Shown here in pieces: positions 19,848 to 28,242 of a DNA stretch of 64,000 bases. Below the pieces are notes generated by a model, which was not told the origin of the DNA, did not search any database, and saw nothing but the letters and a program-made list of their open reading frames with translations. The stretch's first letter is position 1. Each line of letters opens with the position of its first letter. Position numbers and translations under genes: made by a program. Source of the stretch: Parachlamydiales bacterium. GTDB lineage: Bacteria; Chlamydiota; Chlamydiia; Chlamydiales; Parachlamydiaceae. The stretch covers positions 9,575 through 73,574 of the forward strand of contig JAGVJP010000012.1 in the NCBI GenBank assembly GCA_020051075.1, read 5' to 3'.

Positions 19848-22622
19848 TTAAATCTCTAATATCAATCCTGTGGGAAGCTTATCTCCATAGACCTCTTCTT
19901 GTTCTTCTTTTGTCAGCACATGCTCTTCTGTTAAGAGCTGTCTGAGGTGGGGATTGGGGTAAAGATCTAAGATTCTGTTGACGAGCTGTTCGGAGATGTT
20001 GAGCTCACGCTGGCCGACTTTTCGTCCGAGCTGTCCGAGGAGAAATTGGATCGATTCCAAAAGTTCCGGGCGGAAGGAAACGCGTAAGATTGATTCAATC
20101 CATTGCATGCAAACCTCTTTTGGAATTACCTGTCCCACAGAGCCATAGAGAAGATGGCGAGCGCCAATCCTTCCTAATGCCCAACATTCGTACCCTTCAG
20201 GCGACTCTTTAGTGACTTCGTCGATCAACCCTTGGCCAAGACGGATTTTCATCGCCAGGTCGAGCCTTTCAAACGAAGCCAGCATCCTGATTTGTTCTGC
20301 ATAGAGATAGAGCTTCCCTTTTTTCTTAACCTCAAATCGTCCTGTTTTCTTATCTAAGATGCTGGGGAGGACGTCGCTGGCTATTTGCGCTTGTTGCCCT
20401 TTGCTGAGGCCTGCTGCGATCCGTCTGAAACAGATCCATTGCTGAATTTGGCAATCTGAAGAAGCAGGAGTTTTGATGTCAGCTAGAGCGATCTTCCAGA
20501 GTTCTTTCACCCGGAAGTCATCTAAGGGATAGCCTAAACCTGGGCGCAAGAAAAACCCAGCAAGATTCCACCACCTAGCTTCGAGTTCGGAGGATAATTT
20601 CCTTTGCGCCGCAGCTTTGAGAAGAGAGGAGAAAAGCTCTCGCAGAATATTGGGTCCCCAATCGCGACGAGGTCGACCAATTTGAGCCTCTAGCAGCTCC
20701 ATGATTTGTCCTGATTTGATCGAAGAGCCCCTTTGAAATAGCTGTTGGATGAGCTGCTGCGAGCTCTCCAATTCCCCTTGCGAAAATATCTCTTCGGAAC
20801 GGGGTTTTTGGCTGTCCAAGGGGGTCTCAGCCTGGCCAGAGGCTGAGCGGACTTGAAACTCCAGGATCCATTGATGGCTGCTCTTCTGTGATTCAAGCCA
20901 CAATTCCAGGGTGCCGATGGCCGTCAGCCTCACAGCGAGGAATGCGGGAATTGTCTCTGATTCACTCGTTGTCTCAGTTTTTTTTCCGAAGCGCAGGATT
21001 GTCTGTATGGGGGGGAGCGACTGCATTTCTTGAGGGTCTATTTCTACCAGATCTCCTTGACTATCATTTAAGCGCACATGCGAAGTGAGAAGATGAAAGG
21101 CAATCGGTTGATTTGGCCGCAGCTGAAAAGGGTGCTCATAGCGAAAATGGTATCCCTCTTCAGCTTTTCTTGGAACGAGTGTGATTGCTTTTGAAGAGAA
21201 TCCGGAAGCTTCTTTGACATCGATTTTAAGGTAATAGGAGCGGGGCAATCCACCGTTGATCGATATCCCATGGCCGCGGCTAGCTTTGCCATAATAGGCA
21301 GCTCCTCTAGAGACGGCGAGGTCTAAGCTTGTTGAGGAGAGGCGCTGAAGTGGATGACCTGGAAACCATTTCTTGATAGCGTTTTGAATAGCTTTTTGAA
21401 AAGATTCCGGCTTGATCGCCCCTCCATTGAAAAGGATATAGTCAATCCCTTTTTCTTTTTCTAAGAAATGCGACTGCTGAAGGAAGAGGGCGAGATGCTT
21501 AGTGATTGATGGTTCATCTTCATATGGAAGACCCATTGTGCGAAATCCGCGGCTTCGATGGATTTGAAGTGCTTCTTCGAGAGGGTAGTCCTTAAAGAAT
21601 CCATTGAGAAGCAGGTCTTCAACCTCTTTTCTTGAAATCGATGTCGAAGAACTGCCTTTGATGACCGACGACCCCTTGCCTTGGATAACGATGGGATGGC
21701 GTTGTTCAGGGGAGGATTGAGGGCTTAATAAGAATTCTTTAGCTTCACGGGTCTGCGCAAGCAATTGCTGCCATTGACCCGACTCCAGCACAGGTGCTCC
21801 TTGTCCTTCTAATTGTTTCTCCAAATAGTGTGCGAGGGTTGCATCCATGTTGTCGCCTCCTAATAGGAGGTGATTGCCAACAGCATTTCGTTGGAATGAT
21901 AGGGTTCCATCATCCTCTTCTATCTGAATCAGGCTGAAGTCTGTTGTTCCTCCTCCAATATCGCATATAAGGACAACGTCGCCAGGGCGGAAAAGCTTTA
22001 TCCATTCTGCTTCATGCTCTGAGATCCAGCTGTAAAATGCTGCTTGAGGTTCTTCTAATAGAGTGACATGTCTGAATCCTGCTTGAGTGGCTGCTTCAAC
22101 GGTTAAATGGCGGGCGATTTCATCGAATGAAGCCGGCACCGTTAAAATGATCTCTTGCTCTTCTAACTCCTCTTCAGGGTTTCCTTTAGCGATGGAGGTA
22201 TTCCACGCTTCTTTCAAGTGGATGAGATAGCGAGCAGAAACTTCAACTGGACTCATTCGTTGAGAGAGGTCTGCAGCTTCGATAGGGAGGATTTTGTCTC
22301 TTCTATTCGCAGCGACATTGCAGAGCCAGCTTTTTGCCGACTGGATTAAGCGGGTGGGAACTTTAGCTCCTTCCGTTTTAGCTAGCCGTCCAACAAAATG
22401 GAAGGTTTCTTCTTTCCAGGGCAGTCTAAGGGTGTTTGCCGCCCACTCACCGGTTCCGATGAGATAGCAGAATGAAGGGAGGGTTGTGGAATATTCTACT
22501 CTCCCTTCAGCAGCAAGTTGAGGAATCGCAAATTGTTGGATGGAAAGGGAAGGTTGTTGAGTATCTACGAAGGATAAAGCGCTATTTGTTGTCCCTAAGT
22601 CGATCCCAATCACATAGCGCAT
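19848..22622 (-). CDS. atypical Hsp70-family ATPase (924 aa) with about 500-aa C-terminal extension
   Basis: Actin-fold motifs IGIDLGTTNS, CDIGGGTTDFS and LFNGGAIKP. The C-terminal half is not a canonical DnaK substrate-binding domain. Confidence 0.8.
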   Translation of the reverse strand: MRYVIGIDLGTTNSALSFVDTQQPSLSIQQFAIPQLAAEGRVEYSTTLPSFCYLIGTGEWAANTLRLPWKEETFHFVGRLAKTEGAKVPTRLIQSAKSWLCNVAANRRDKILPIEAADLSQRMSPVEVSARYLIHLKEAWNTSIAKGNPEEELEEQEIILTVPASFDEIARHLTVEAATQAGFRHVTLLEEPQAAFYSWISEHEAEWIKLFRPGDVVLICDIGGGTTDFSLIQIEEDDGTLSFQRNAVGNHLLLGGDNMDATLAHYLEKQLEGQGAPVLESGQWQQLLAQTREAKEFLLSPQSSPEQRHPIVIQGKGSSVIKGSSSTSISRKEVEDLLLNGFFKDYPLEEALQIHRSRGFRTMGLPYEDEPSITKHLALFLQQSHFLEKEKGIDYILFNGGAIKPESFQKAIQNAIKKWFPGHPLQRLSSTSLDLAVSRGAAYYGKASRGHGISINGGLPRSYYLKIDVKEASGFSSKAITLVPRKAEEGYHFRYEHPFQLRPNQPIAFHLLTSHVRLNDSQGDLVEIDPQEMQSLPPIQTILRFGKKTETTSESETIPAFLAVRLTAIGTLELWLESQKSSHQWILEFQVRSASGQAETPLDSQKPRSEEIFSQGELESSQQLIQQLFQRGSSIKSGQIMELLEAQIGRPRRDWGPNILRELFSSLLKAAAQRKLSSELEARWWNLAGFFLRPGLGYPLDDFRVKELWKIALADIKTPASSDCQIQQWICFRRIAAGLSKGQQAQIASDVLPSILDKKTGRFEVKKKGKLYLYAEQIRMLASFERLDLAMKIRLGQGLIDEVTKESPEGYECWALGRIGARHLLYGSVGQVIPKEVCMQWIESILRVSFRPELLESIQFLLGQLGRKVGQRELNISEQLVNRILDLYPNPHLRQLLTEEHVLTKEEQEEVYGDKLPTGLILEI

Positions 22623-22628
22623 AGGAGG

Positions 22629-23741
22629 TTATCCCAGTACCGTTTCAGGGGGAACGTAAGGGTAGCCGAGATCATCGGCGACAGGTTCATTGGTCAATTG
22701 CCCTAAGCAGACATTTAGACCTTTCCTTAAGCCTTGATGGTCGATTAAAGCTTTTTTCCACCCTTTATTGGCGATCATCAAAGCGTAATTGCCGGTTGCA
22801 TTTGTCAACGCTTGTGTAGAAGTGCGTGCACAAGCCCCTGGGATGTTTGTCACACAATAATGGATGATGCCGTCAACGACATAGGTTGGGTCTGTGTGTG
22901 TAGTGGGACGTGAAGTCTCAAAGCACCCGCCTTGATCAATGGAGATGTCGACGATGAGAGAACCTGGAGCCATTTTTTTTAACATTGGACGAGAAACAAG
23001 TTTTGGAGCGGTTTTCCCAGGTATTAACACCGAACCTACCACTAAGTCAGACCTTTCAATCGATTCTTCGATCGACGTCGCAGAAGAGTAGAGCGTTTTA
23101 AGGGAAGGGCCAAAGAGAGAATCGAGGGTGCGTAATCGGTTGAGATCCCTGTCTAGTATTGTGACGTCAGCGCCAAGTCCTAGAGCCATTCGAGCAGATT
23201 CAGTCCCTGCAACGCCCCCTCCAATGATAGTGACACGGGCGGGAGCGACGCCGGGGACTCCCCCAAGGAGAACCCCTTTGCCATTATTATTGAGCTGCAA
23301 ATAAGTCGCTCCAATCTGGATGGCGAGGCGTCCTGCAATTTCACTCATCGGAATAAGGAGAGGGAGGCGCCCGCATTCATCGGTGACAGTCTCGTAGGCA
23401 ATGGCGACGACCTGCGATTCAATGAGATGTTTAGTTTGTATGGGATCTGGAGCAAGGTGAAGATAGCAGAATAAGATTTGTCCTTTCTTGAGCAAAGAAA
23501 ACTCGCTTTCTTGAGGTTCTTTAACTTTGATGATCATCTCAGCTTCATAGAGTTCTTTAGCTGTTTCGACAATTTTAGCCCCTACAGATAAGAACATCTC
23601 ATTATCAAAGCCACTCTTCTCTCCAGCATTGGCCTGCACCCAGACTTCATGGCCTGCTTCAACAAATTGGCGCACAAGACTTGGTGTGGCTCCCACACGA
23701 TATTCGTGGTTTTTTATTTCTTTTGGAATTCCGATAATCAT
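22629..23741 (-). CDS. ald: alanine dehydrogenase
   Basis: 370 aa. MIIGIPKEIKNHEYRVGATP N-terminus and Rossmann motif IIGGGVAGTESA. Typical Ald length. Confidence 0.9.
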   Translation of the reverse strand: MIIGIPKEIKNHEYRVGATPSLVRQFVEAGHEVWVQANAGEKSGFDNEMFLSVGAKIVETAKELYEAEMIIKVKEPQESEFSLLKKGQILFCYLHLAPDPIQTKHLIESQVVAIAYETVTDECGRLPLLIPMSEIAGRLAIQIGATYLQLNNNGKGVLLGGVPGVAPARVTIIGGGVAGTESARMALGLGADVTILDRDLNRLRTLDSLFGPSLKTLYSSATSIEESIERSDLVVGSVLIPGKTAPKLVSRPMLKKMAPGSLIVDISIDQGGCFETSRPTTHTDPTYVVDGIIHYCVTNIPGACARTSTQALTNATGNYALMIANKGWKKALIDHQGLRKGLNVCLGQLTNEPVADDLGYPYVPPETVLG

Positions 23742-25024
23742 GGCTTCACTTCAACTAAACGTCTATATTCTTTGTCGGGGTGGTGGAAGAGAACCACGAC
23801 GACCACTGCAATCATCGAAAAGCCACCCAGAAGTAAGAACGGCATTTGGAAGCTTTGCGTGACATCGATGAGCCAACCTGTCACTAGGGGAGCCAAGATT
23901 CCTGCCAAGGAAAGGCAGCTTGAGGTGACTCCCTGTGCAGATGCCGAAGCATGTTTGGCGACATCAACATTAATGCTAAAGAATGCAGGCTGCGGCATGA
24001 AGCCGAAGCCGAGCCCTAAACTTAAGAAAAAAATGGATAACCCTAGGGAGTCAGTGAAGCTTAAAAGCACAAAGCAAATGCCGGCGAGAAGTTGACTGAC
24101 CCATATGACATGGGAGCGTGAGATTCTCATACTCCCAGTCTTTTTGTAGAGCCAGTCGCAAAGGAAGCCGCCAGCTTTTAGAAAAATGGAGGCGACGAGC
24201 CAGGGGATCACCAGATACCAGCCGACGCTTTTAAGATCGAGGTTATGCTGAGTAAGGAAGTAACCAGGCAGCCATAGCGTAGCGAAGAAAAGCATATACC
24301 CGAAAGCAAAATAGGAAATATTGTTGGCGATCAGGGTCGGGTGAGTCAGGATAAAATGCCAATCAATGGGAGTTTTGGCATTTTTTCGGTTTTCTGTGCA
24401 TGATTTCGCTAAAAGCTGCTTTTCTGCAGGGCTGACGTTGGGGGAATCTTCAGGGTAGTCTCTAAAAAGAAAATACCAGGCAACGGCCCAGAGAATCCCT
24501 ATCCCACTAATAATGAAAAACATGTTCCTCCATCCGAAATCGCTGACGAGGTAAGAAGTCAGGGGAGAGCCGATGACAGAAGAGAGGGGAATGGCCACTA
24601 GTCCAAAGGAGAAAGCTCGGCCTCGTTCGGAAGGAGGAAGCCATCGATTGATCGTATGGGACATCGCAGGGAAGTGAGGGCCTTCCGCGACTCCAAGAAG
24701 AAAGCGGAGAGCGATGAAGCCTCCAAAGCCGCCCGCAAAACCGAGAAGAGCGACACAAAGAGACCAGGAGATTGCTGCCGCACACCATGCGTATCTGGCA
24801 CCCCAAACGTCGACGAGCCATCCACCAAAAGCAGTCAGTAGAACATACCCCAATCCAAAGGCTGAGAGGATCATCCCAAATTGTGTATCGGTGAAATGAA
24901 ATTCCTGCTTGAGAGATTCAATCACAAAAGAGATGGCTGAACGATCGATGAAATTGACTAATGTAATAAAGAAGACAAGAGCTGTAACAACCCAACGGTA
25001 ATGATTTTTTAAGATATTCTTCAT
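23738..25024 (-). CDS. MFS transporter (anion:cation symporter-like)
   Basis: 428 aa, about 12 hydrophobic segments, NFIDRSAISF and PPSERGRA loop motifs. Its stop overlaps the ald start by 4 nt (ATGA). Confidence 0.85.
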   Translation of the reverse strand: MKNILKNHYRWVVTALVFFITLVNFIDRSAISFVIESLKQEFHFTDTQFGMILSAFGLGYVLLTAFGGWLVDVWGARYAWCAAAISWSLCVALLGFAGGFGGFIALRFLLGVAEGPHFPAMSHTINRWLPPSERGRAFSFGLVAIPLSSVIGSPLTSYLVSDFGWRNMFFIISGIGILWAVAWYFLFRDYPEDSPNVSPAEKQLLAKSCTENRKNAKTPIDWHFILTHPTLIANNISYFAFGYMLFFATLWLPGYFLTQHNLDLKSVGWYLVIPWLVASIFLKAGGFLCDWLYKKTGSMRISRSHVIWVSQLLAGICFVLLSFTDSLGLSIFFLSLGLGFGFMPQPAFFSINVDVAKHASASAQGVTSSCLSLAGILAPLVTGWLIDVTQSFQMPFLLLGGFSMIAVVVVVLFHHPDKEYRRLVEVKP

Positions 25025-25097
25025 GCACCTTCTCCTCGATGATTAAAAAGATGAATGATAGTTGATTGCAGAGAAAAATGCAAGGGAAAGGGGGTGA

Positions 25098-25334
25098 CAA
25101 CACGGATGGACAGGATAGCAAAAGGACAAAAACAGGATAAGCAGGATCGCTTCGCGGCAGGATGGGCAGGATAAGAAAGATGGAATTGGAAAAACAAATT
25201 TAGAAAAATTAAATAGAAATCTACTCTAAAATCTACTTCTACTAATTATCATCATTATCTTTCCTATCCTGCCCATCCTGCCGCGAAGCGATCCTGCTCA
25301 TCCTGTTCTTTGTTTATCCTGTCCATCTGTGTTG
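25098..25334. repeat. large imperfect palindrome, repeat family A (AGGAT-unit arms)
   Basis: Left arm about 25098-25182 (..acaggataagcaggatcgcttcgcggcaggatgggcaggataagaaagatgg). It is the reverse complement of the right arm about 25256-25334. AT-rich loop of about 70 nt. Confidence 0.85.
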
Positions 25335-25364
25335 TAATTTTTTTGTGGATTTGTATTGGAGTAG

Positions 25365-26249
25365 TTAATTTACTTTTTCGATATCTATATGAATTCTAAT
25401 TGTACTTGCTGTGAGATTTGAGTGCCTAGGATCGCGTGCGCTGATCGGTTCAATGCAGACAAAAGACGCTCCTTTGGGATGATAGAGCTGCCAGCTATTT
25501 TCTGCACATGGACAGTCATAGTTCACGTGAAGCTTATAGGTTTCAGCATCGAGAACGATCTTTCCTTTCAGACTATCAGGGTGAGAATGAAAATTATAGT
25601 CAGCTTCTTCTTTCAAATCGAAGACAAGCCGGTGATGAATGGTATCATATCCCCATTCTGCTGGAATGGGCTCTTCTTTTCCTTCCTTTATCAGCGAGTT
25701 TTGCACTTCGCTGGTCACTGTCCCTTTTCCAGAAGGAAGATGGTAGTAATAATGCGTCCCCACTAAAGATGCAGTGTCACTCACGACTGAGAGGGTGAGG
25801 AATAGGCCGGTTTCTTCTAAATGCCCTACAAAGTTCATCGCAAAGTTTTGTCCCTCTAGGGAAGCGAGGGAAACTTCATTCCAGAGGTCTTTCCCAGATA
25901 ATTGTCCTTTGAAGCTGTTCTTGGTCGTTTCGACTTTCCAGGGGGCATAGCGGGCGATTCCATGAGAAAACGGTTCTTTGATCCCCTTAGCTTTTAAACG
26001 GGCGATGTGGGGAAAGCGCTCTTCATGGTCAATTTTGGGGATCACCTCTTCTTTTCGATGGTGGAAATGGGGACCGATCAGTGCCCCTAATCCGGCAAAT
26101 CGTTCGTCGAATAAGGATCGGGTGGACTGGTCGATGACTTCGATATCCCCTTTTTTGTAGCTGATCATGTTCATTCCTCGATCGGGCAAAAAGGTGGCTT
26201 GGAGAAGTTCACCATTTTTCAGCTGGTGTTCTAAAATGATTGGGGACAT
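25365..26249 (-). CDS. aldose 1-epimerase-like (mutarotase-fold) protein
   Basis: SHGIARYAPWKV, THYYYHL and FVCIEP match the HG..W / H.YF / .EP pattern of the family. Confidence 0.6.
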   Translation of the reverse strand: MSPIILEHQLKNGELLQATFLPDRGMNMISYKKGDIEVIDQSTRSLFDERFAGLGALIGPHFHHRKEEVIPKIDHEERFPHIARLKAKGIKEPFSHGIARYAPWKVETTKNSFKGQLSGKDLWNEVSLASLEGQNFAMNFVGHLEETGLFLTLSVVSDTASLVGTHYYYHLPSGKGTVTSEVQNSLIKEGKEEPIPAEWGYDTIHHRLVFDLKEEADYNFHSHPDSLKGKIVLDAETYKLHVNYDCPCAENSWQLYHPKGASFVCIEPISARDPRHSNLTASTIRIHIDIEKVN

Positions 26250-26263
26250 AAAACCTGCCTATG

Positions 26264-26665
26264 TTAAAAATGTCTGTGCGTGGGTATTCCTAAAGCGCGG
26301 AGATGTGAGATTGTATTGGGCATAGAAATCCAGTCTGCAATATCCAAAGGAAGTGAAACACGTTTTTTTTGTTCTTTCTTTGTTCCTTCCGGTCTTCCGG
26401 CTCCTTTTCTTTTGCCTCCTCGTCCAATTGTTTTCTTTTTTGTCAATTCACTTAAATTATCGTTCAGTCTTTCTTCGATAAAATCTTGAAGATAGAGAGG
26501 ATAATTTTTAATGACTTCTTCTCTTGTATCCCCCGAATATTCAACAGGATATGCAGGATGACTGAACACCCAACTTTTATAGCTTTTATCATACCAAGGT
26601 TCAATTTGTCCTAATTCTTCTAATGCTATTATTAAATGTTCTTTTATTTCTTTCTTGGTGGCCAT
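26264..26665 (-). CDS. HicB-like antitoxin with basic C-terminal DNA-binding tail
   Basis: Start at the internal ATG (MATKKEIKEH). KSWVFSHPAYPVEYSGDTREEVIKNYPLYLQDFIEERL fits the HicB/UPF0150 fold pattern. C-terminal tail is GRGGKRKGAGRPEG..KKRVSLPLDIADWI. Confidence 0.5.
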   Translation of the reverse strand: MATKKEIKEHLIIALEELGQIEPWYDKSYKSWVFSHPAYPVEYSGDTREEVIKNYPLYLQDFIEERLNDNLSELTKKKTIGRGGKRKGAGRPEGTKKEQKKRVSLPLDIADWISMPNTISHLRALGIPTHRHF

Positions 26666-26880
26666 ACTAACCCTCTTTCCTTGAATTCCTTCGCTGTTTT
26701 GTGGACACTCATTGCCACAACTTCTTCTTTTGTGTTTTTTCCATGACTTATCTTTATAGCACAAACAAATTGTTGCTTATCATCATAAAGCTTATAGTCG
26801 ATAGAACCTTTCTTTATGCTCCATCCAACGATTTTCAAATATTTCAGATAAATTTTTTCGTCGAGGGGTTTGAATCCCAT
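26644..26880 (-). CDS. HicA-like toxin candidate (78 aa)
   Basis: Small basic protein, GW..KKGS...ISHGKN..V.K..KEF.ERGL pattern. Overlaps the downstream HicB-like ORF by 22 nt. Confidence 0.4.
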   Translation of the reverse strand: MGFKPLDEKIYLKYLKIVGWSIKKGSIDYKLYDDKQQFVCAIKISHGKNTKEEVVAMSVHKTAKEFKERGLVWPPRKK

Positions 26881-26983
26881 GTCGGTTCCTTTATTTTCAT
26901 ATTAGATTATTTTGGTAAAAAAATCAAACGCTTTCCATAGCATTTATCTATTTTTTGCCAAAAAATGGGTATTGGATTTTCAT

Positions 26984-27844
26984 TCATTTCTTAGGGGCAG
27001 TTTGTGTGGAAACCAAACGGAGAAATTCAGCGGGAGGAGGGGATTCAAATCGGAGGAGCTTTTTCTTAGTCGGGTGTTTAAAAGCAAGCAAGTGGGCATG
27101 GAGGCAGAGCCTTTTAATAGGATTTGTCCTCGCGCCGTATTTTCTGTCTCCAGCAACTGGGTGTCCAACCGATTGACAATGAACGCGAATTTGGTTTTTC
27201 CTCCCTGTTTCAAGAGTCAGTTCTAAGAGGGAATACCTTCTTGAGGAAGCTTTTGTTTTGAAATGGGTGATGGCTAAGCGGCCAAAAGATTCATCTTCTG
27301 TTTCGTGAACAACATATTGTTTATCCTCATACTGATAGCTTTGCCAGGTCCCTCCCTTTTTGACAACATTTCCTTCAACAACGGCAGTGTATGCCCGTTC
27401 AATCGAATGTTTTTCAAATTGTTCTTTGAGAGCTTCGCAAGTTTCTCGGTTGAGGGCGAACATCATTACGCCGGAGGTATCTTGGTCTAGGCGATGGACG
27501 ACGTAGATTCTTTTCGGCAGATAATAGGCTCTAAGCCAAGCATGAGCAGTTTCCCCTTGCTCGAAAGCAGCAGAAACACTCAATAGCCCAGAAGGTTTGT
27601 TGATGACAACAAGATCTTGGTCGTCGTAGAGGATTTCGATTCCGCATGGCAACAGCTTTTTTCGCTGTCCAATCACAACGTTTTGGCCTTCAAGCAGCTG
27701 AGCGCTCAAATTTTTTATCGGTATTCCATCAATGAGGACTCTTCCCTCTTTAATCCAAGAGCGAAGTGTATTTCGTGAGCTCGAAGGAAAAGATTTTATG
27801 AGGAAATCGAACAGGTTCGACTCTTCGGTAGCAGTAAATTTCAT
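26984..27844 (-). CDS. RluA-family 23S rRNA pseudouridine synthase with S4 domain
   Basis: Catalytic HRLDQDTSGVMMFA and an N-terminal S4-like LRSWIKEGRVLIDG. Start placed at the ATG MKFTATEE (27844), because the rpsT promoter lies inside the longer ORF (to 27931). Confidence 0.85.
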   Translation of the reverse strand: MKFTATEESNLFDFLIKSFPSSSRNTLRSWIKEGRVLIDGIPIKNLSAQLLEGQNVVIGQRKKLLPCGIEILYDDQDLVVINKPSGLLSVSAAFEQGETAHAWLRAYYLPKRIYVVHRLDQDTSGVMMFALNRETCEALKEQFEKHSIERAYTAVVEGNVVKKGGTWQSYQYEDKQYVVHETEDESFGRLAITHFKTKASSRRYSLLELTLETGRKNQIRVHCQSVGHPVAGDRKYGARTNPIKRLCLHAHLLAFKHPTKKKLLRFESPPPAEFLRLVSTQTAPKK

Positions 27845-27886
27845 GGCTGTATTTTGCTGTAAATGAAAGTTTTTTTCAAGTACAAA

Positions 27887-27916
27887 TTGACGAATTAAAC
27901 GGTTCTGCATTATAAT
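27887..27916 (+). promoter_or_regulatory. sigma70/66-like promoter of rpsT
   Basis: TTGACG (27887-27892), 18-nt spacer, TATAAT (27911-27916). GAGGA RBS at 27941, ATG at 27949. Confidence 0.55.
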
Positions 27917-27948
27917 CGGCACTTTCAACATTAAACCCTAGAGGAACA

Positions 27949-28233
27949 ATGGCAAAAGAAGCTCCAAAGAAAGTTAAACGTCCGACTCCTGAGAAGCGGA
28001 ATCTTCAAAATATCAAAGCACGTTTGAACAATAAGATCTACAAATCTCGAGTACGCACGGCTATCCGGGCCTTTGATGACGCAATAAGCAAAGGGGATCA
28101 AGAAGCGACGACTGCAAAATTGAATGAAACTTACAGCATATTGGATAAATGTGTGAAAGTGGGTGTCTATAAAATCAACAAAGCAAGTCGAACAAAATCG
28201 CGTTTAGCTGCGCGTGCTGTCGCTAAAGCATAA
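27949..28233 (+). CDS. rpsT: 30S ribosomal protein S20
   Basis: 94 aa, basic. KRNLQNIKARLNNKIYKSRVRTAIR pattern. Confidence 0.9.
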   Translation: MAKEAPKKVKRPTPEKRNLQNIKARLNNKIYKSRVRTAIRAFDDAISKGDQEATTAKLNETYSILDKCVKVGVYKINKASRTKSRLAARAVAKA

Positions 28234-28242
28234 TTTTCTGGG

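Noticed and set aside
23629-24095. Plus-strand ORFs (77 and 148 aa) spanning the ald/MFS junction.
   Set aside because: They are antisense to two well-supported, translationally coupled genes, and have no RBS or motifs.
24507-25121. ORFs in alternative frames or antisense within the MFS transporter gene (24507-24821, 24598-24828, 24656-24841, 24714-24899, 24918-25121).
   Set aside because: They are Arg/Ser/Pro-rich translations typical of off-frame reads of a GC-richer membrane-protein gene, and there are no independent signals.
26912-27490. ORFs overlapping the pseudouridine synthase gene on both strands (26912-27226, 26955-27176, 26980-27213, 27305-27490).
   Set aside because: They are shadow ORFs inside a gene with the catalytic HRLD..SG motif.
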